The notes under the pieces are model-generated. The model worked only from the letters and a program-made list of their open reading frames with translations. It searched no databases and had not been told where the DNA came from. The position numbers and the translations under genes were made by a program. From Balanoglossus misakiensis (taxonomy: Eukaryota; Animalia; Hemichordata), in contig CM082577.2 of NCBI GenBank assembly GCA_040954595.2, positions 10,193,846 through 10,257,845 of the forward strand: a DNA stretch of 64,000 nt. Reading direction: 5' to 3'. Shown here piece after piece: positions 25,601 to 35,948 of this stretch. Position 1 is the first letter of the stretch. Every line of letters starts with the position of its first letter.

Positions 25601-28600
25601 CACTAGATTTCACTTTACAGTGAAAGTCCCCTGCACAATACAGTACATGTATACTGTATATGATTATAAATCGTCAACAAAACATATGCATATATGAGTT
25701 TCAGAGGTAATCCTCGAGGGCGTGTCATGATGATTCTATCAGGTCCTCAAGACATACATGTATATACTTTATTAACGTACATCATCCTGTGGCCGGGGTG
25801 AAAAGATTATAGCAAAGTCTCAGAAAAATTAAGTGTACCAGTGTTTCTGGGCAAACCGATCACTGTCTCCTTTGAACACAGACTGTGTTAGTCAGTGCCA
25901 CCCGTAAAATTCAACCTGCATATAAAAACATGGCATTTTTTTAGCAGTAAACGCAACAACTGAAACAAAGCCACACTCACTAGGTGGTTCAAAGGTACAG
26001 GGGTCTCCGACTTGCTTCTCGGAGATGTACTTCTCATCAGCGATGTATTTCTCCAAGGCCGCCCTCAGCTCGATATCGGCGCCGTATTTCCCGATGGTTC
26101 CGTTGTCCACCAGGATGAAGTGGGTGTGGTTGCAATCCAAAGCTGCACTGTTCTTCATGCTGCGGAGTCCTTCGGCTGGGTATGTCGCCGGCCACAGGTT
26201 GATGTGCTGTGTTGACAAGAGAGGACAAGACAAGTAACAGACAAAAATTGTCACTGACATGGTTATTTGTTAACTTTGAACAATAAAGCACACATCTCGA
26301 CAAAATCTTGAATTCTGTTAAGCGCTTCAATTTAGCGGCATCCTTTTTTTTTAGAAAATTTTGATTTTGAGTAAAATTAGTGGGTTTTTAATTCATCTAT
26401 GAAGACAACTTCACCATGGTATATATAGAGAAAAGTTTAAATTAGCAGCGACTTAAATTAGCAATTTCACACAACTAGCTAAATTAGCTCAAATAAGCTA
26501 AAAGACATGTTTTACAGCATACTAGAGTCCTACACGCCATTATCTGATTGTACCTTTGAGCAAATCAGCGGAAAAATGAGAGCCCCAAATCTTTCCATCT
26601 CGTATACCAGGGTTCACAGTAACTAGATATTTAGCTTTTTGAATCTGAAGCCTTACTTGTTTAGGTGGTCTTGGCCAAGTCCCATTTCATTTTAAATACA
26701 AATGCAAAAGCTAGAATTTCCTATCTTAAATTACTTGTTGAGACCACAGCCACTCAACACAACAAAGATTAATTGTTTACTATTTTTTTTCAAGAAATTA
26801 GCAATCTGCATTTCCCCCACGAAACAGGTAGTTTAGCATTGTTGAACAACCGCATGCCAGTCTCGGCATTCCTGATCTTACAGGGATTGAATATGAAGCC
26901 TTTAATGTTCAATTTTTCACCACAGAGTGTAACAGGCTTTATTTTGTGCAAATAAAATGCACCAGTCACTTAGATACTTAGAGCTTGACTGTAATTTTCA
27001 TCCAAGATACTGTTTTGCTTATTAGATTCTATTCCTAAAATGTCACTTTGGTCATTTATCAAAAGAAACTGATCGAAGAAAATTTTCAATGGTGATTAAA
27101 ATATGTGAACCACAGTAGAGGCTCTATGTCGTTGTAATTGTGTTGAAAGGCACAGAGATGCTATCAATGAAAACTAGAAAGGAAGGTTTGTGGATTGCTG
27201 TAATTTATCAACAGGTAACGGTTTTACATTTTACAAGTTCTCAAACCAAAATCAGGACTGGAGTCTGATAGCATTGTTTGAAATTCTTTTTTCATAGTTG
27301 AGTGGAATTGTATGTACATGAAATCAGTCTGCCATTAGAAGGCGTATAGCAGCTACAGTACTCAAATACATGTGCTTTGTTGTACTCTTTATAACTGTGT
27401 GAGGGGGCTGAAAGTAAATAATACCGCACTGTGGCTAATTTATTGCTTGGTTCAGTCAAGGGTCAACTGGTCTGAGCGGGTACAATAGACAAGGTGATTG
27501 TTAAGAGTTTCTCACTATTGTCTGCTGTTCTGAGCATGACAATAGCAAAATTCTGTCAAGGGGGCGTTCAGTCCAAAGAATGTGACCATGACCTGTGTGT
27601 TTCTGGTCACACCTGGCAAATGATATCATTCAGTTGACGTGTTTCAGAAATTCATTTAACCATCCAGTGCTACAAGTATTTACAACTTATCTTCATCTTT
27701 CACAAAATTATCCCTCAGAATTTTTTCTACATTGAGAATTTACAACCTAGTGAGTGGGCCCCAAACACCAAAACCGTGAAATTAAATCCAAATGACAATT
27801 AATGCATTTACAGTATTTTGGTAATACTGTAATTTTCTCTATTTCCAACAAACATACATTTAAAGCAAGAAGCATAAAGCATTTGCCACCACATTTTCAA
27901 GTAAACACAGCACTGATAGAAAGTAAGGCATTATGGCTTTCACTCTAGTAAATCAAACATGAGGTACTGGTATAAAACATGTATTAAAACCTATTATCTA
28001 ATTCGAAACTCACACAAATTTTTTTATCTCAAAATTACTTTCCTCAATCAAAGAATAATTTGATAATGACACCCACGGGCAGAATCTAATTAAGCAGTCA
28101 ACTTTTCAGACCAAAAAAAAAATCAAAATTTATCATTTTCATACCAAAAACCATGTTTATTAATAATACAATACATTGTACATTGCCCACTTAAATCTAC
28201 AGAATGTTTTTTTTTTTACCTTTTTGGATCCATCCAATGCCTCCTTGTTGTCTACAATACCCCAGGTAGCAATTCCCAGAGCATAGACTGGTTTCTCATC
28301 ATCATGTGTGTGTTCCTTGGCCTCTTCGTGAACCGCCTCACCGACAACTTTCATCACACCTTCAGCAGTCCCACCAGTAATGATCCATGCTCCTTTAATT
28401 TGTCAATGAAAAAATCACAAACACATTTGTATCTGCTTTCAGGCAAAGTCCCTCTATTACTGAGGGACTGTGTTTCATGTTATCGGCCCCTTGACAGTGA
28501 AAGCTCCAACCCTTCCACCCCCATTTACCACTCCAGTATATGAACAAACCCAGATCATTGAAAACAATTCATTCTAGAGGAAAGTCATTCCAAATTCTAA

Positions 28601-31326
28601 CAGCCTTCATTCAATAGTTTTTATACCTAACAATTTCAAAAAGAACAAAACTTCCACATTGAAGACTTTACTTTATATCTACAAATGTACACATAGATGC
28701 GTTAAAATTAATGTTTCCTATTTTTTAACAATCAAGAAAAGATTTTCAAAAATCAAGAATGTGTTTCTTTTATGGTGAAAGTGATGAACATTTGCACATC
28801 ACATGGCAACAGTTGATAAATTCATTACTGTTGCTACGACAAAATATTAATTTGTAATCACTATGGTAATACCAGTACCACACAGAGTGCAAGCAAGAAG
28901 TATGGTACAGATGTTAGCCACAGGAATATTTTGAACAACACGTCAAATATAATGCCAAAAATGATAAATTACAATATTTACAAAAGATTACAGACTGAAA
29001 ACACATGTCAGGGGTGTGTAGTACATGTACAATATTATTGATGAATCAATCAAAACTGCAAGATTGAGAAGTTTGGGGTCAAAGGTCATCCAGTGTTGCC
29101 ATGGTGACAAACCGCAACTCCTTCACTGGACTTCGGTGTGTCAAGTAAGAATATGAAATGTAAAAACAGTCTTGAAAGGAACGACTAGACTGACCTGTGC
29201 TGGTGGCGGCTTTCATCAGGCCCTTGTGGAGCAAGGCGCGGAGTCGGTCCTTCAAGACGAAGTCCTTGGCACCGCCTGTGACTGATATGAGGACATTGGG
29301 CGGTTTCAACCTCCAGTGCTCCGTCAAGAGCTTCCATATTATCTCTGGATTTGTCTTGTAGTCGATTCGTGCATACTGGAATGTTGAAAGTGGTAGAAAG
29401 AAGCAGTCTGAAGTTATTTTTGGTCATGTTTTTAAATTGCTAATAAATCATATGGACGACATAATATTTCAAGATGGCCTATTTTGTCATCTTTATAAAG
29501 AAATGGAAGTTCATAGGCAAAAGTGATACTGGGTCATTCTGAAACTTTGTATCAGAAAAAATAACAAAATGTGAAAAAAGTTGAATGAGAGTATGCTAAC
29601 TACATGTACTAAGACAGAAATGTGTGACTACAGTGAGTTGTCGACCTTTTACCCAGAATGCAATTATCATAATGTGATTTGACCCCCTAACACGAAGTAA
29701 AGCTATTTATTAAAGGCAGCCATAATTGTACCACTCACCGGTGCCCTCTTTCTGCCCTGTCCGTAGCCAACAAATTCAATCTGTCCAAAACTGTTGGCTG
29801 GTTCAGCGACCGTACACGTCTCCACTTTCCATTCACCGCTTGCTTTTGTGACGTGGCCTCGGTGATCACTGAGTGATCTACCACAGCAACACATTGCAAT
29901 GCTACAGGGGGGGGGGGGTAAGGCAAATTTCATTACATGTTACATTGTTAGAGATCAACTTCAGAACTCTAGCTTCCAGTAATTTTATACTGTGCATTAA
30001 AGGTATACAGTCACCTCCAATTTACATACGCCCATATATGGCTGAAATGGCGTATTTGAGCGTCCTGAAGAACATATGGTGGCTCTCTTTTTTTCGCGTG
30101 TGCCACCCACTGAAAATCAGTGATTGGCTAGATCTCATTTTGCCATGGTAACTATAGCTAATTTTCAATGGGTGACCGTATACCTTTAAACTACATGCCC
30201 TGTTACATGTTAAAGTTTACATGGGAAATGCATCAAGGTGAGACAAGGCAAGATCAAATGTCTTTTAACAAATATTTCTCACCTTTTATCAGTGGAGCTC
30301 CATTTACTGTCCTCAATAAATGTCCTACATCTTCTCTGTTTGACGTTACTCATTACAAACTCTCTCAAGAGATCATTCTGAAACATTACAAAAGTGATAA
30401 AGCTTTTTAACTGATGCAGTCGATATTTACTTTTCACTTTTTTAATACTAACAAGTTTTCCACAGATTTCTCTGAGGTACTAGTAGTTCATGTAATACAG
30501 TTAAGTTGTGTACAGATTTCAAAGCTTTGACAATGATCTCATTTATTAAGGACAAATTCATAATTTTTGCCCCTCAGAAACTCAGAACACAAATTACCAA
30601 TACCATACATGTTATTGTACGTGTATGACTGTAACAGATCATTCTCACTGTTCCAAATAATGTTATTGTCACTTTTATCTCTTCACATAGATGTGTGTGA
30701 TGATGTTTTCTGTTGTTTGCAAGAGAAAGTATTTAACTTACAGGATTCTGAGTCATTCTTCTTTTTGGATAACTGGTGCTGGTCTTTCTCTCGCGGTTGC
30801 CGTAACCACGATCGCCGAGCTGTGACGAACTCTCAAAGCTGTGCAGGTTCCTGCTGACCGAAAACGCCGCTTCTTCCCTTTCCTGTTCCCTCTTCGCCTC
30901 TCTCTTCCGATTGACGACCAGCTGCGCCACGCCGTAAAACTTGTCGTTTTCCTCTCTGTTCGCGTCATCCGCCGGCTCTTGGATGGCGACCGTGGGGACG
31001 CTGCTTCGCGATGTGCCCGGTTCCGTCGTCGGCGGCGCTTGCTGTTTTTGGACGGCGCTCGGGTCATCGCCGAAAAATCCAAAATTGCCGAGTCCTTGCG
31101 AATGTCGAGCAGCTTTCACGCGCGAGCTTCTATTTCGTGGTTTGCTCTCGTCTTTCCCCCTGCCGCCATTTCTCGTTTTCTCCTCTTTCTCCGTCCCTGC
31201 CTCTCCCGCTGGCTTCACTTCGACCAACGGGAGCTCTTCCGACTGCTGGATGCCCGGGGTGCCCTCCGGAATGCCCGCCTCCTCGTCGCTGGGACGAACC
31301 TTGGCGTCCCACTTGCGATGTGACAT
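12844..31326 (-). CDS. TRPM: TRPM-family cation channel paralog B, complete (~1686 aa, 25 coding exons), TRPM2-like core without NUDT9-H
   Basis: Exons 30742-31326, 30283-30377, 29739-29901, 29195-29375, 28220-28392, 25981-26206, 25163-25328, 24567-24705, 24077-24149, 23534-23640, 22886-23020, 22662-22754, 20804-20960, 20170-20301, 19623-19722, 18927-19152, 18348-18680, 17642-17785, 16976-17230, 16444-16618, 15938-16094, 15287-15474, 14573-14705, 14045-14164, 12844-13648 sum to 5061 nt (in frame, ends at TAA). MHR1-4, S1-S6, pore [20 protein letters not shown] box WRFYR and a coiled coil are present. Confidence 0.95.
14045..14164 (-). CDS. TRPM: TRPM-B exon (coiled coil [13 protein letters not shown])
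   Basis: ORF track; phase 2-2. Confidence 0.85.
14573..14705 (-). CDS. TRPM: TRPM-B exon (rib helix [12 protein letters not shown])
   Basis: ORF track plus splice sites. Confidence 0.9.
14905..15083. mobile_element. Degenerate Tigger-like MITE fragment
   Basis: Repeated TATAGAGGTGG / ACAGGTGGCC units ending in ACAGGTTTGATTGTA. Confidence 0.5.
15287..15474 (-). CDS. TRPM: TRPM-B exon (TRP box [18 protein letters not shown])
   Basis: ORF track plus splice sites. Confidence 0.94.
15938..16094 (-). CDS. TRPM: TRPM-B exon (outer pore with two Cys, S6 [12 protein letters not shown])
   Basis: Hand translation; splice sites. Confidence 0.95.
16154..16340. mobile_element. Same pogo/Tigger-like MITE group
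   Basis: AAACCTGTCTAAACTGAAC ... GTTCAGTTTAGACAGATTGACTGTA; internal repeats of the TIR motif. Confidence 0.72.
16444..16618 (-). CDS. TRPM: TRPM-B exon (S5, pore helix and filter [14 protein letters not shown])
   Basis: ORF track plus splice sites. Confidence 0.95.
16681..16880. repeat. Tandem duplication, 2 x 100 bp
   Basis: 16681-16780 and 16781-16880 align without gaps. Confidence 0.9.
16976..17230 (-). CDS. TRPM: TRPM-B exon (S3-S4, [13 protein letters not shown])
   Basis: ORF track plus splice sites. Confidence 0.94.
17642..17785 (-). CDS. TRPM: TRPM-B exon (S1-S2, EEGRQ)
   Basis: ORF track plus splice sites. Confidence 0.93.
18348..18680 (-). CDS. TRPM: TRPM-B exon (pre-S1, ends YYTAPVTKF)
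   Basis: ORF track plus splice sites. Confidence 0.92.
18927..19152 (-). CDS. TRPM: TRPM-B exon ([27 protein letters not shown])
   Basis: ORF track plus splice sites. Confidence 0.93.
19228..19322. mobile_element. Very short piggyBac-like MITE (TTAA-CCC...GGG-TTAA)
   Basis: TTAACCCTTTCA...TGAAAGGGTTAA; inverted relative at ~2880-2958. Confidence 0.8.
19623..19722 (-). CDS. TRPM: TRPM-B exon ([13 protein letters not shown])
   Basis: Hand translation; splice sites. Confidence 0.9.
20170..20301 (-). CDS. TRPM: TRPM-B exon ([17 protein letters not shown])
   Basis: ORF track plus splice sites. Confidence 0.92.
20435..20615. mobile_element. TA-flanked CAGT-terminus MITE (Tc1/pogo-Tigger-like)
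   Basis: TACAGTAAAACCTGTCTAAACCGAA ... TTCAGTTTAGACAGATTTCACTGTA. Confidence 0.8.
20804..20960 (-). CDS. TRPM: TRPM-B exon ([17 protein letters not shown])
   Basis: ORF track plus splice sites. Confidence 0.87.
22109..22147 (-). CDS. TRPM: Candidate 39-nt cassette micro-exon of TRPM-B ([13 protein letters not shown])
   Basis: Acceptor ...ctgacattctgatacacag, donor AAG|gtcagt, phase 0-0, no stop. Confidence 0.5.
22662..22754 (-). CDS. TRPM: TRPM-B exon (ALYAPKDF...KQSM)
   Basis: ORF track; phase 0-0. Confidence 0.8.
22886..23020 (-). CDS. TRPM: TRPM-B exon ([24 protein letters not shown])
   Basis: Hand translation; splice sites. Confidence 0.92.
23534..23640 (-). CDS. TRPM: TRPM-B exon ([15 protein letters not shown])
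   Basis: ORF track plus splice sites. Confidence 0.92.
24077..24149 (-). CDS. TRPM: TRPM-B exon ([16 protein letters not shown])
   Basis: Hand translation; splice sites. Confidence 0.9.
24567..24705 (-). CDS. TRPM: TRPM-B exon
   Basis: ORF track; phase 2->0. Confidence 0.88.
25163..25328 (-). CDS. TRPM: TRPM-B exon ([15 protein letters not shown])
   Basis: ORF track plus splice sites. Confidence 0.93.
25369..25547. mobile_element. Same pogo/Tigger-like MITE group
   Basis: Aligns by eye with 16154-16340 (CCCTGTCTAATCTG..CTATACCGAACACATTTT..AAAAGAACCTC). Confidence 0.7.
25981..26206 (-). CDS. TRPM: TRPM-B exon ([22 protein letters not shown])
   Basis: ORF track plus splice sites. Confidence 0.92.
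28220..28392 (-). CDS. TRPM: TRPM-B exon ([12 protein letters not shown])
   Basis: ORF track plus splice sites. Confidence 0.93.
29195..29375 (-). CDS. TRPM: TRPM-B exon (LISVTGGAK)
   Basis: ORF track plus splice sites. Confidence 0.93.
29739..29901 (-). CDS. TRPM: TRPM-B exon ([10 protein letters not shown]...SFGQIEF)
   Basis: ORF track; CxCG..H motif. Confidence 0.9.
29997..30189. mobile_element. TTAA-AGG MITE (Kolobok/T2-like), family 1, copy 2
   Basis: Same TIRs and internal sequence as 8487-8680. Confidence 0.88.
30283..30377 (-). CDS. TRPM: TRPM-B exon ([23 protein letters not shown])
   Basis: Hand translation; TTTCAG acceptor and GTGAGA donor; matches the TRPM 'KxRxCxxF' motif. Confidence 0.85.
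30742..31326 (-). CDS. TRPM: TRPM-B first coding exon (disordered N-terminus; acceptor ~31400)
   Basis: GC-rich ORF MSHRKW...QNP; GTAAGT donor. Confidence 0.82.
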
Positions 31327-32335
31327 TTTTGGAGTGTGAAATCAGTTCACAGGCAGCTTGCTGAAATTCTGCCTTTCAAGTGAAATTTATAGAAACACAT
31401 CTGCAAAAATCACAAAAAGTAATCACATTTATTAAACAGCTCTTCATAGTAGAAAAAATCATTTTACTTTAATTATTTATAGATGGCAATTTCTTAGTTC
31501 TTTGATGGGCATTTTGTAAATAATGGTGCTGAATGATCGTCAGAAATCAAACAAAATTGGAGAGTCCATCAGCAAAATCATCAAATCAGCTAGTTTACCC
31601 ATATTTTCACCATCATTTAAAGTTTTAAAAAATTATTTGCTTATGTATCAATGTAGAAAAAATCTGCTTGATGCCCCTTTTTTAACCTGGGAAAAGTAAA
31701 AGTGAATGCAACTGTACAAGTTCCTTTTTAAGGTGTTTGTTTACTGCATTCACTGTACATGTATTCAAGAGACATACATGTACATGTAATTAGATGTAGT
31801 GGAGGTCTACCCAAATGTATAACCCAAACATACAAAAAAAAGCGAAAGAAAAACAAAAATGCAGTATAATCAAATAGTTCTGCCATTTCGCATTTATTCT
31901 CGCTTCACAATGCTCTTTCAAATATCCGAAAAGGCATTGTCAAGCAAATCTACACTGAGCCCATTGAATTCAGCCTCTCCCTTCTCTGTTATATCAACTC
32001 TTCAAAACCATTCTCAGTAGAGACACTGGCACTAGTAGCCATACACAATCTCTGACTGAATTCATGAATGAATCACAGCTGACTAGTAAAAAATTGTCAC
32101 CTGTTAATTTCACTTTAATCTTTTTAATACAGTGGTGGTCTGTAAATATAAATAAAACGTACATCACGCACCTGACTAACCGAAATTTTCTGAGGAATTT
32201 TCTTTACCAGAGACAAGGACAACGATGATTCAGACTACATGATCATGGCCAGTGTGGGTATACAAATTATTGCTGACGTCGACAGATCTTTCACAAACAT
32301 ATCACACCTCCCAAGTTGAAGTATCACTGAATGAA

Positions 32336-32385
32336 ACAATCAATCAATCAATCAATCGATTGATTGATCAATCAATCAATCAATC
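32336..32385. repeat. (CAAT)n microsatellite with an internal inversion
   Basis: CAAT run, then GATTGATTGAT, then CAAT run. Confidence 0.85.
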
Positions 32386-32549
32386 GCAGCAATAACAAGG
32401 CAGACATACTGCAGTTTAGAATATGACACAAGTCACTTGTTCAATTGATCGTGGAGATATGATAAAAGCTGGGTACAATCATCAAAATGGAAAGTGTGAC
32501 GTGGGAATTCTACAGACAGGTAGTGTACATGTACATCTACATTTTCGAC

Positions 32550-33270
32550 ATCGTGTATTGCTAAGAGGCAAGACTACGCGCAGCGGCAGCGGTTACTTTC
32601 CGAGCCACAAAAATGATAATTTCATGTAAATACGATCATGGTTTACTATCCATGCCATACAGCACATACACGGCCATAACAGCGCCTACACCAGCAACAC
32701 AGCAACGTTAATTTTCCTTCGACATTTCCTCTCATGCATAGTCATTTGTTGACGTCCATCGCTTGGCAACACTGCAGTTACGAGCGTAAATTCAAGCCTT
32801 GTTCTCGACCATTTGCGCTCCGAGTCATGTCCTACTCTACACAAAGCTTACCAGATACAGGTTATCAGCTCTGACACCCAAATTCGGCGACTATATCTTC
32901 CCCCAATTAGTCTCATTACACTTACAGTGCACACCTGTGGGGATCCGTCTTGAAGACACCATTTTTACCCACAATCCTTTGCGTGTGCCCTTTTCTATTT
33001 CGAAATACCACTGTCACCATCTAGTGGTTTTATTTCCTCCGATAATCTCGCATATTTCAAACTAAAGAAATACAAATACTAATGGAGCATTAAGAATAAA
33101 TGATAAAGCAGAATTAATGCAACATTTTCCCGATTATCGGTGGCATTCCCCGTCAAACTTTCCCCACATTGTAAATCATTTTTAGAGGGCGCTAGTAGTT
33201 TCGGTGGCGGGGACCGGGGGAGCGTAACCTAGACGCCTCAGACAATATACTTTCACTAGGTTCGACCCTG
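32550..33270 (-). promoter_or_regulatory. Probable TRPM-B promoter / non-coding first exon region
   Basis: CpG enrichment; TG|gtaagc donor at 32851; GC-box-like GGCGGGG near 33207. Confidence 0.45.
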
Positions 33271-33607
33271 TAATGTTTGTCCGTATATATCTTATGTCCA
33301 ACATATTTCATAATCACGCTAGTATTAGGAACAAAAATAACACATGTCCAGCATGCAAAATGCACTCCTTCCAACCACCACGATTGGAGAACTCTGTATT
33401 CTGGCAAATCATAGCGCCCTCTATCAACCACTTATTTTGTAACTTTTGTTTTTACAAAGTTAAAAGGACCCTCGCCTTTCCTGCCAGATTTTGTTGCTGT
33501 TTGTTAATATACTACAGATTTCGAGTCAGTGTCAATACAGGGAGATAGAAACTATGTCTTTTCCTGTCAACTGTCACATTAGATATAAACATTTGATTGT
33601 GGTGGTG

Positions 33608-33613
33608 TTTATT
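33608..33613 (-). terminator. Candidate polyadenylation signal (AATAAA) ending a ~2.2-kb Caskin 3'UTR
   Basis: AATAAA on the minus strand just before the TRPM-B promoter region. Confidence 0.45.
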
Positions 33614-35830
33614 GAAGCGGGGGTGGGGGGGGGGGGGGTCATTTATGTCACAATTCACAAGTCTGCCAACAATGACACTACATCACTACTGGTACATGTC
33701 CATAAACCAACCAGCACACACAACAGAAACTCTGGTCAGTTCACATCACAGCCATTAAAATAAAAACGCCAAAGTCGGTGCACTTAACTTCTGAATTCAC
33801 AGAATTTTAATCAGGACGCCTTTTAGCACTAAAAACACATACATGATTCCACATTCTCTCACACACAGTGTAAACTTTGCATCCAGTCACAGTGTAGTCA
33901 TCCCAACATTGAAAACAACTGCTTCGTCTCGACAGGGGGTTATATACACTCGAGAGAAAAAAAATATGGCCAAGTTGATAATTCTCTATATTACACACTA
34001 TACACATTGTACCAGTGAACAGTAAAAACATTGATTTGATCAATCCCGTCCCAAATCAAACATAACATCTGCCGTAACAATTTCATCTATCTGTCCGGTG
34101 GATTTTGTGCAACATGGAAATACATTGCAGGCTTTTTAAAAGAATGTTAGTCGGTTTGTCACGATTGAACATGGCCAAGACAACAAATTATGAAGTATCG
34201 ACTAAAATAGTACATATTTTACACCTTTTCTGCCATTTTCCTAACTACAAAGATCTGACAGTGTACTGAGAGAAAAAAAAAGCAAACCCCCTTTCTGAAA
34301 TAAAAAAAAAAATTCCAGTTTGTCTTATTTTTTCAGAACAAGTCCACAGACGAGTACAATTATGTGATGTGCCACACACTTTAATATGAGGTCGAGGTTA
34401 AACAATTCCAAGGTTTTGGTTTTTCAGATAATAATAAAAAAAGAATAGTATTTTATCACAATCTTTTGACTTTTGTAATACATGTATGTTGTTATCGCTG
34501 TATGCAGTGATGCATTCTTAGACCAGGCGAAGACTAGGTGATCGCGAATAAAGCGCAGAGTTAGTACTATAGAAAACCTGCCTCAAGGTGGCGCCACAAC
34601 CTGCCTACGTACCGCTTGTAGTAATGCAGAATTTTTAATAGTGGGTGAAATTTTCAGAATATATTTAATACATAAATGGGCTCTTTTTGGTTAACACTTA
34701 TCAGTAAGTCTGAATAACCAGGGCATTTTATCAGATGTTCTAAACTTGAAAAAAAAGAACAACAAGCAAGGCTGCAGCCGTAGTCTGCTAAAAGCTTGGG
34801 GGCTGCACAGTTGCTGGAGTAAACAAAACACAAACTAATGCACAGAACTCCAAAAGGTGACAGGCGGCCCACACAGAAACGTAATATAAATAAAAAAACA
34901 ATTGCACTGTACTAATATTATGTTAGACGTAAATTTAAGACCTTAAAAAAAAACGATAACTTCAAAATATTACAACTTTTCGATACAAAGTTGTTCTGGA
35001 AGAGAAATCAAAGAACAGCACCCTTTAGAAAGTCCATCCACCTGCATCAGCTACTAAGCCGCGTTTTTTTTTCCAGGTTGTAAAAAGGGTTAAAATCTTT
35101 TAAATGAAATATACAGAGGTACTCTCTCGGCGCATTGATATCTGCGTTTGAACTCTGAACCCATCAGCTGAGAATATATGTACATATTTACCATATAAGG
35201 AAAAAATTTCTCCATCATCTCATGCTGGTTGATGGGGAAGTGCTTGTATCCCATAATACTGACTGCAAAAAACTTCCAAGTTTGTCAGTGTTCTTGCCAG
35301 ATAAATTGTCATACTATCATAACTACTTCACCAACTAGCATTATCGGTCACTTGTCGCTCAATATTCACAAACTTCGGTCAGCCCGGACGTCCACACAAC
35401 ATTCAACGCAGTAGTCTTAGGCAGTTGTCAACGACAAAAAAAATTGACGTGGTCCAAAGTCTCACATTCTCAAATTTGTAAATGACTTGAAGAGAAAGGA
35501 AGTAAAGAACAGAAATTCCCTCTTCAAATAAAAGATTCTGTCGTATGTTGTACTTCAGTCTTCGGACGTTCCATTGAACTTGTGATCCAGAAAGTTTGTA
35601 ATAAAACCACAGCCGTGACGAAACGTCCAAAGGTATATCTCATTTTTGGTCTCTTTCTCGCAACTTCTGTCCACACACTGCTTGTTCCACAGCTGCATCA
35701 GTGTTCGGGCCAAAATTCCATTCAAAATGACGACGTCTTCCAAGCACATTTCCTCGTCATCACACTATGGCCACTTTTGCACCGTTTTTTTTCTTCCGAC
35801 GTTACTTTTTATAACGCCGCGTCCCATTGG

Positions 35831-35948
35831 CTACTTCATCATCGACGCCAGCTCTTCTGTCAAATCATTGAACATGTCATCGATTTCGTTGAATATGTCC
35901 CCTCCTTCATTCTCCTCTTTCTTCCCTGGTGCAGTCGTCGGCTGCTCT
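35831..35948 (-). CDS. CASKIN: Caskin terminal coding exon (conserved acidic helix)
   Basis: [38 protein letters not shown]. Confidence 0.88.

Noticed and set aside
30753-31364. Several overlapping ORFs at the TRPM-B first exon (also 7415-7962 for A)
   Set aside because: Only one frame splices in phase to the TRPM exons.
34500-34630. GC-richer block in the Caskin 3'UTR considered as ncRNA or SECIS
   Set aside because: No tRNA, snRNA or SECIS consensus recognisable by eye; an Infernal/Rfam search would be needed.
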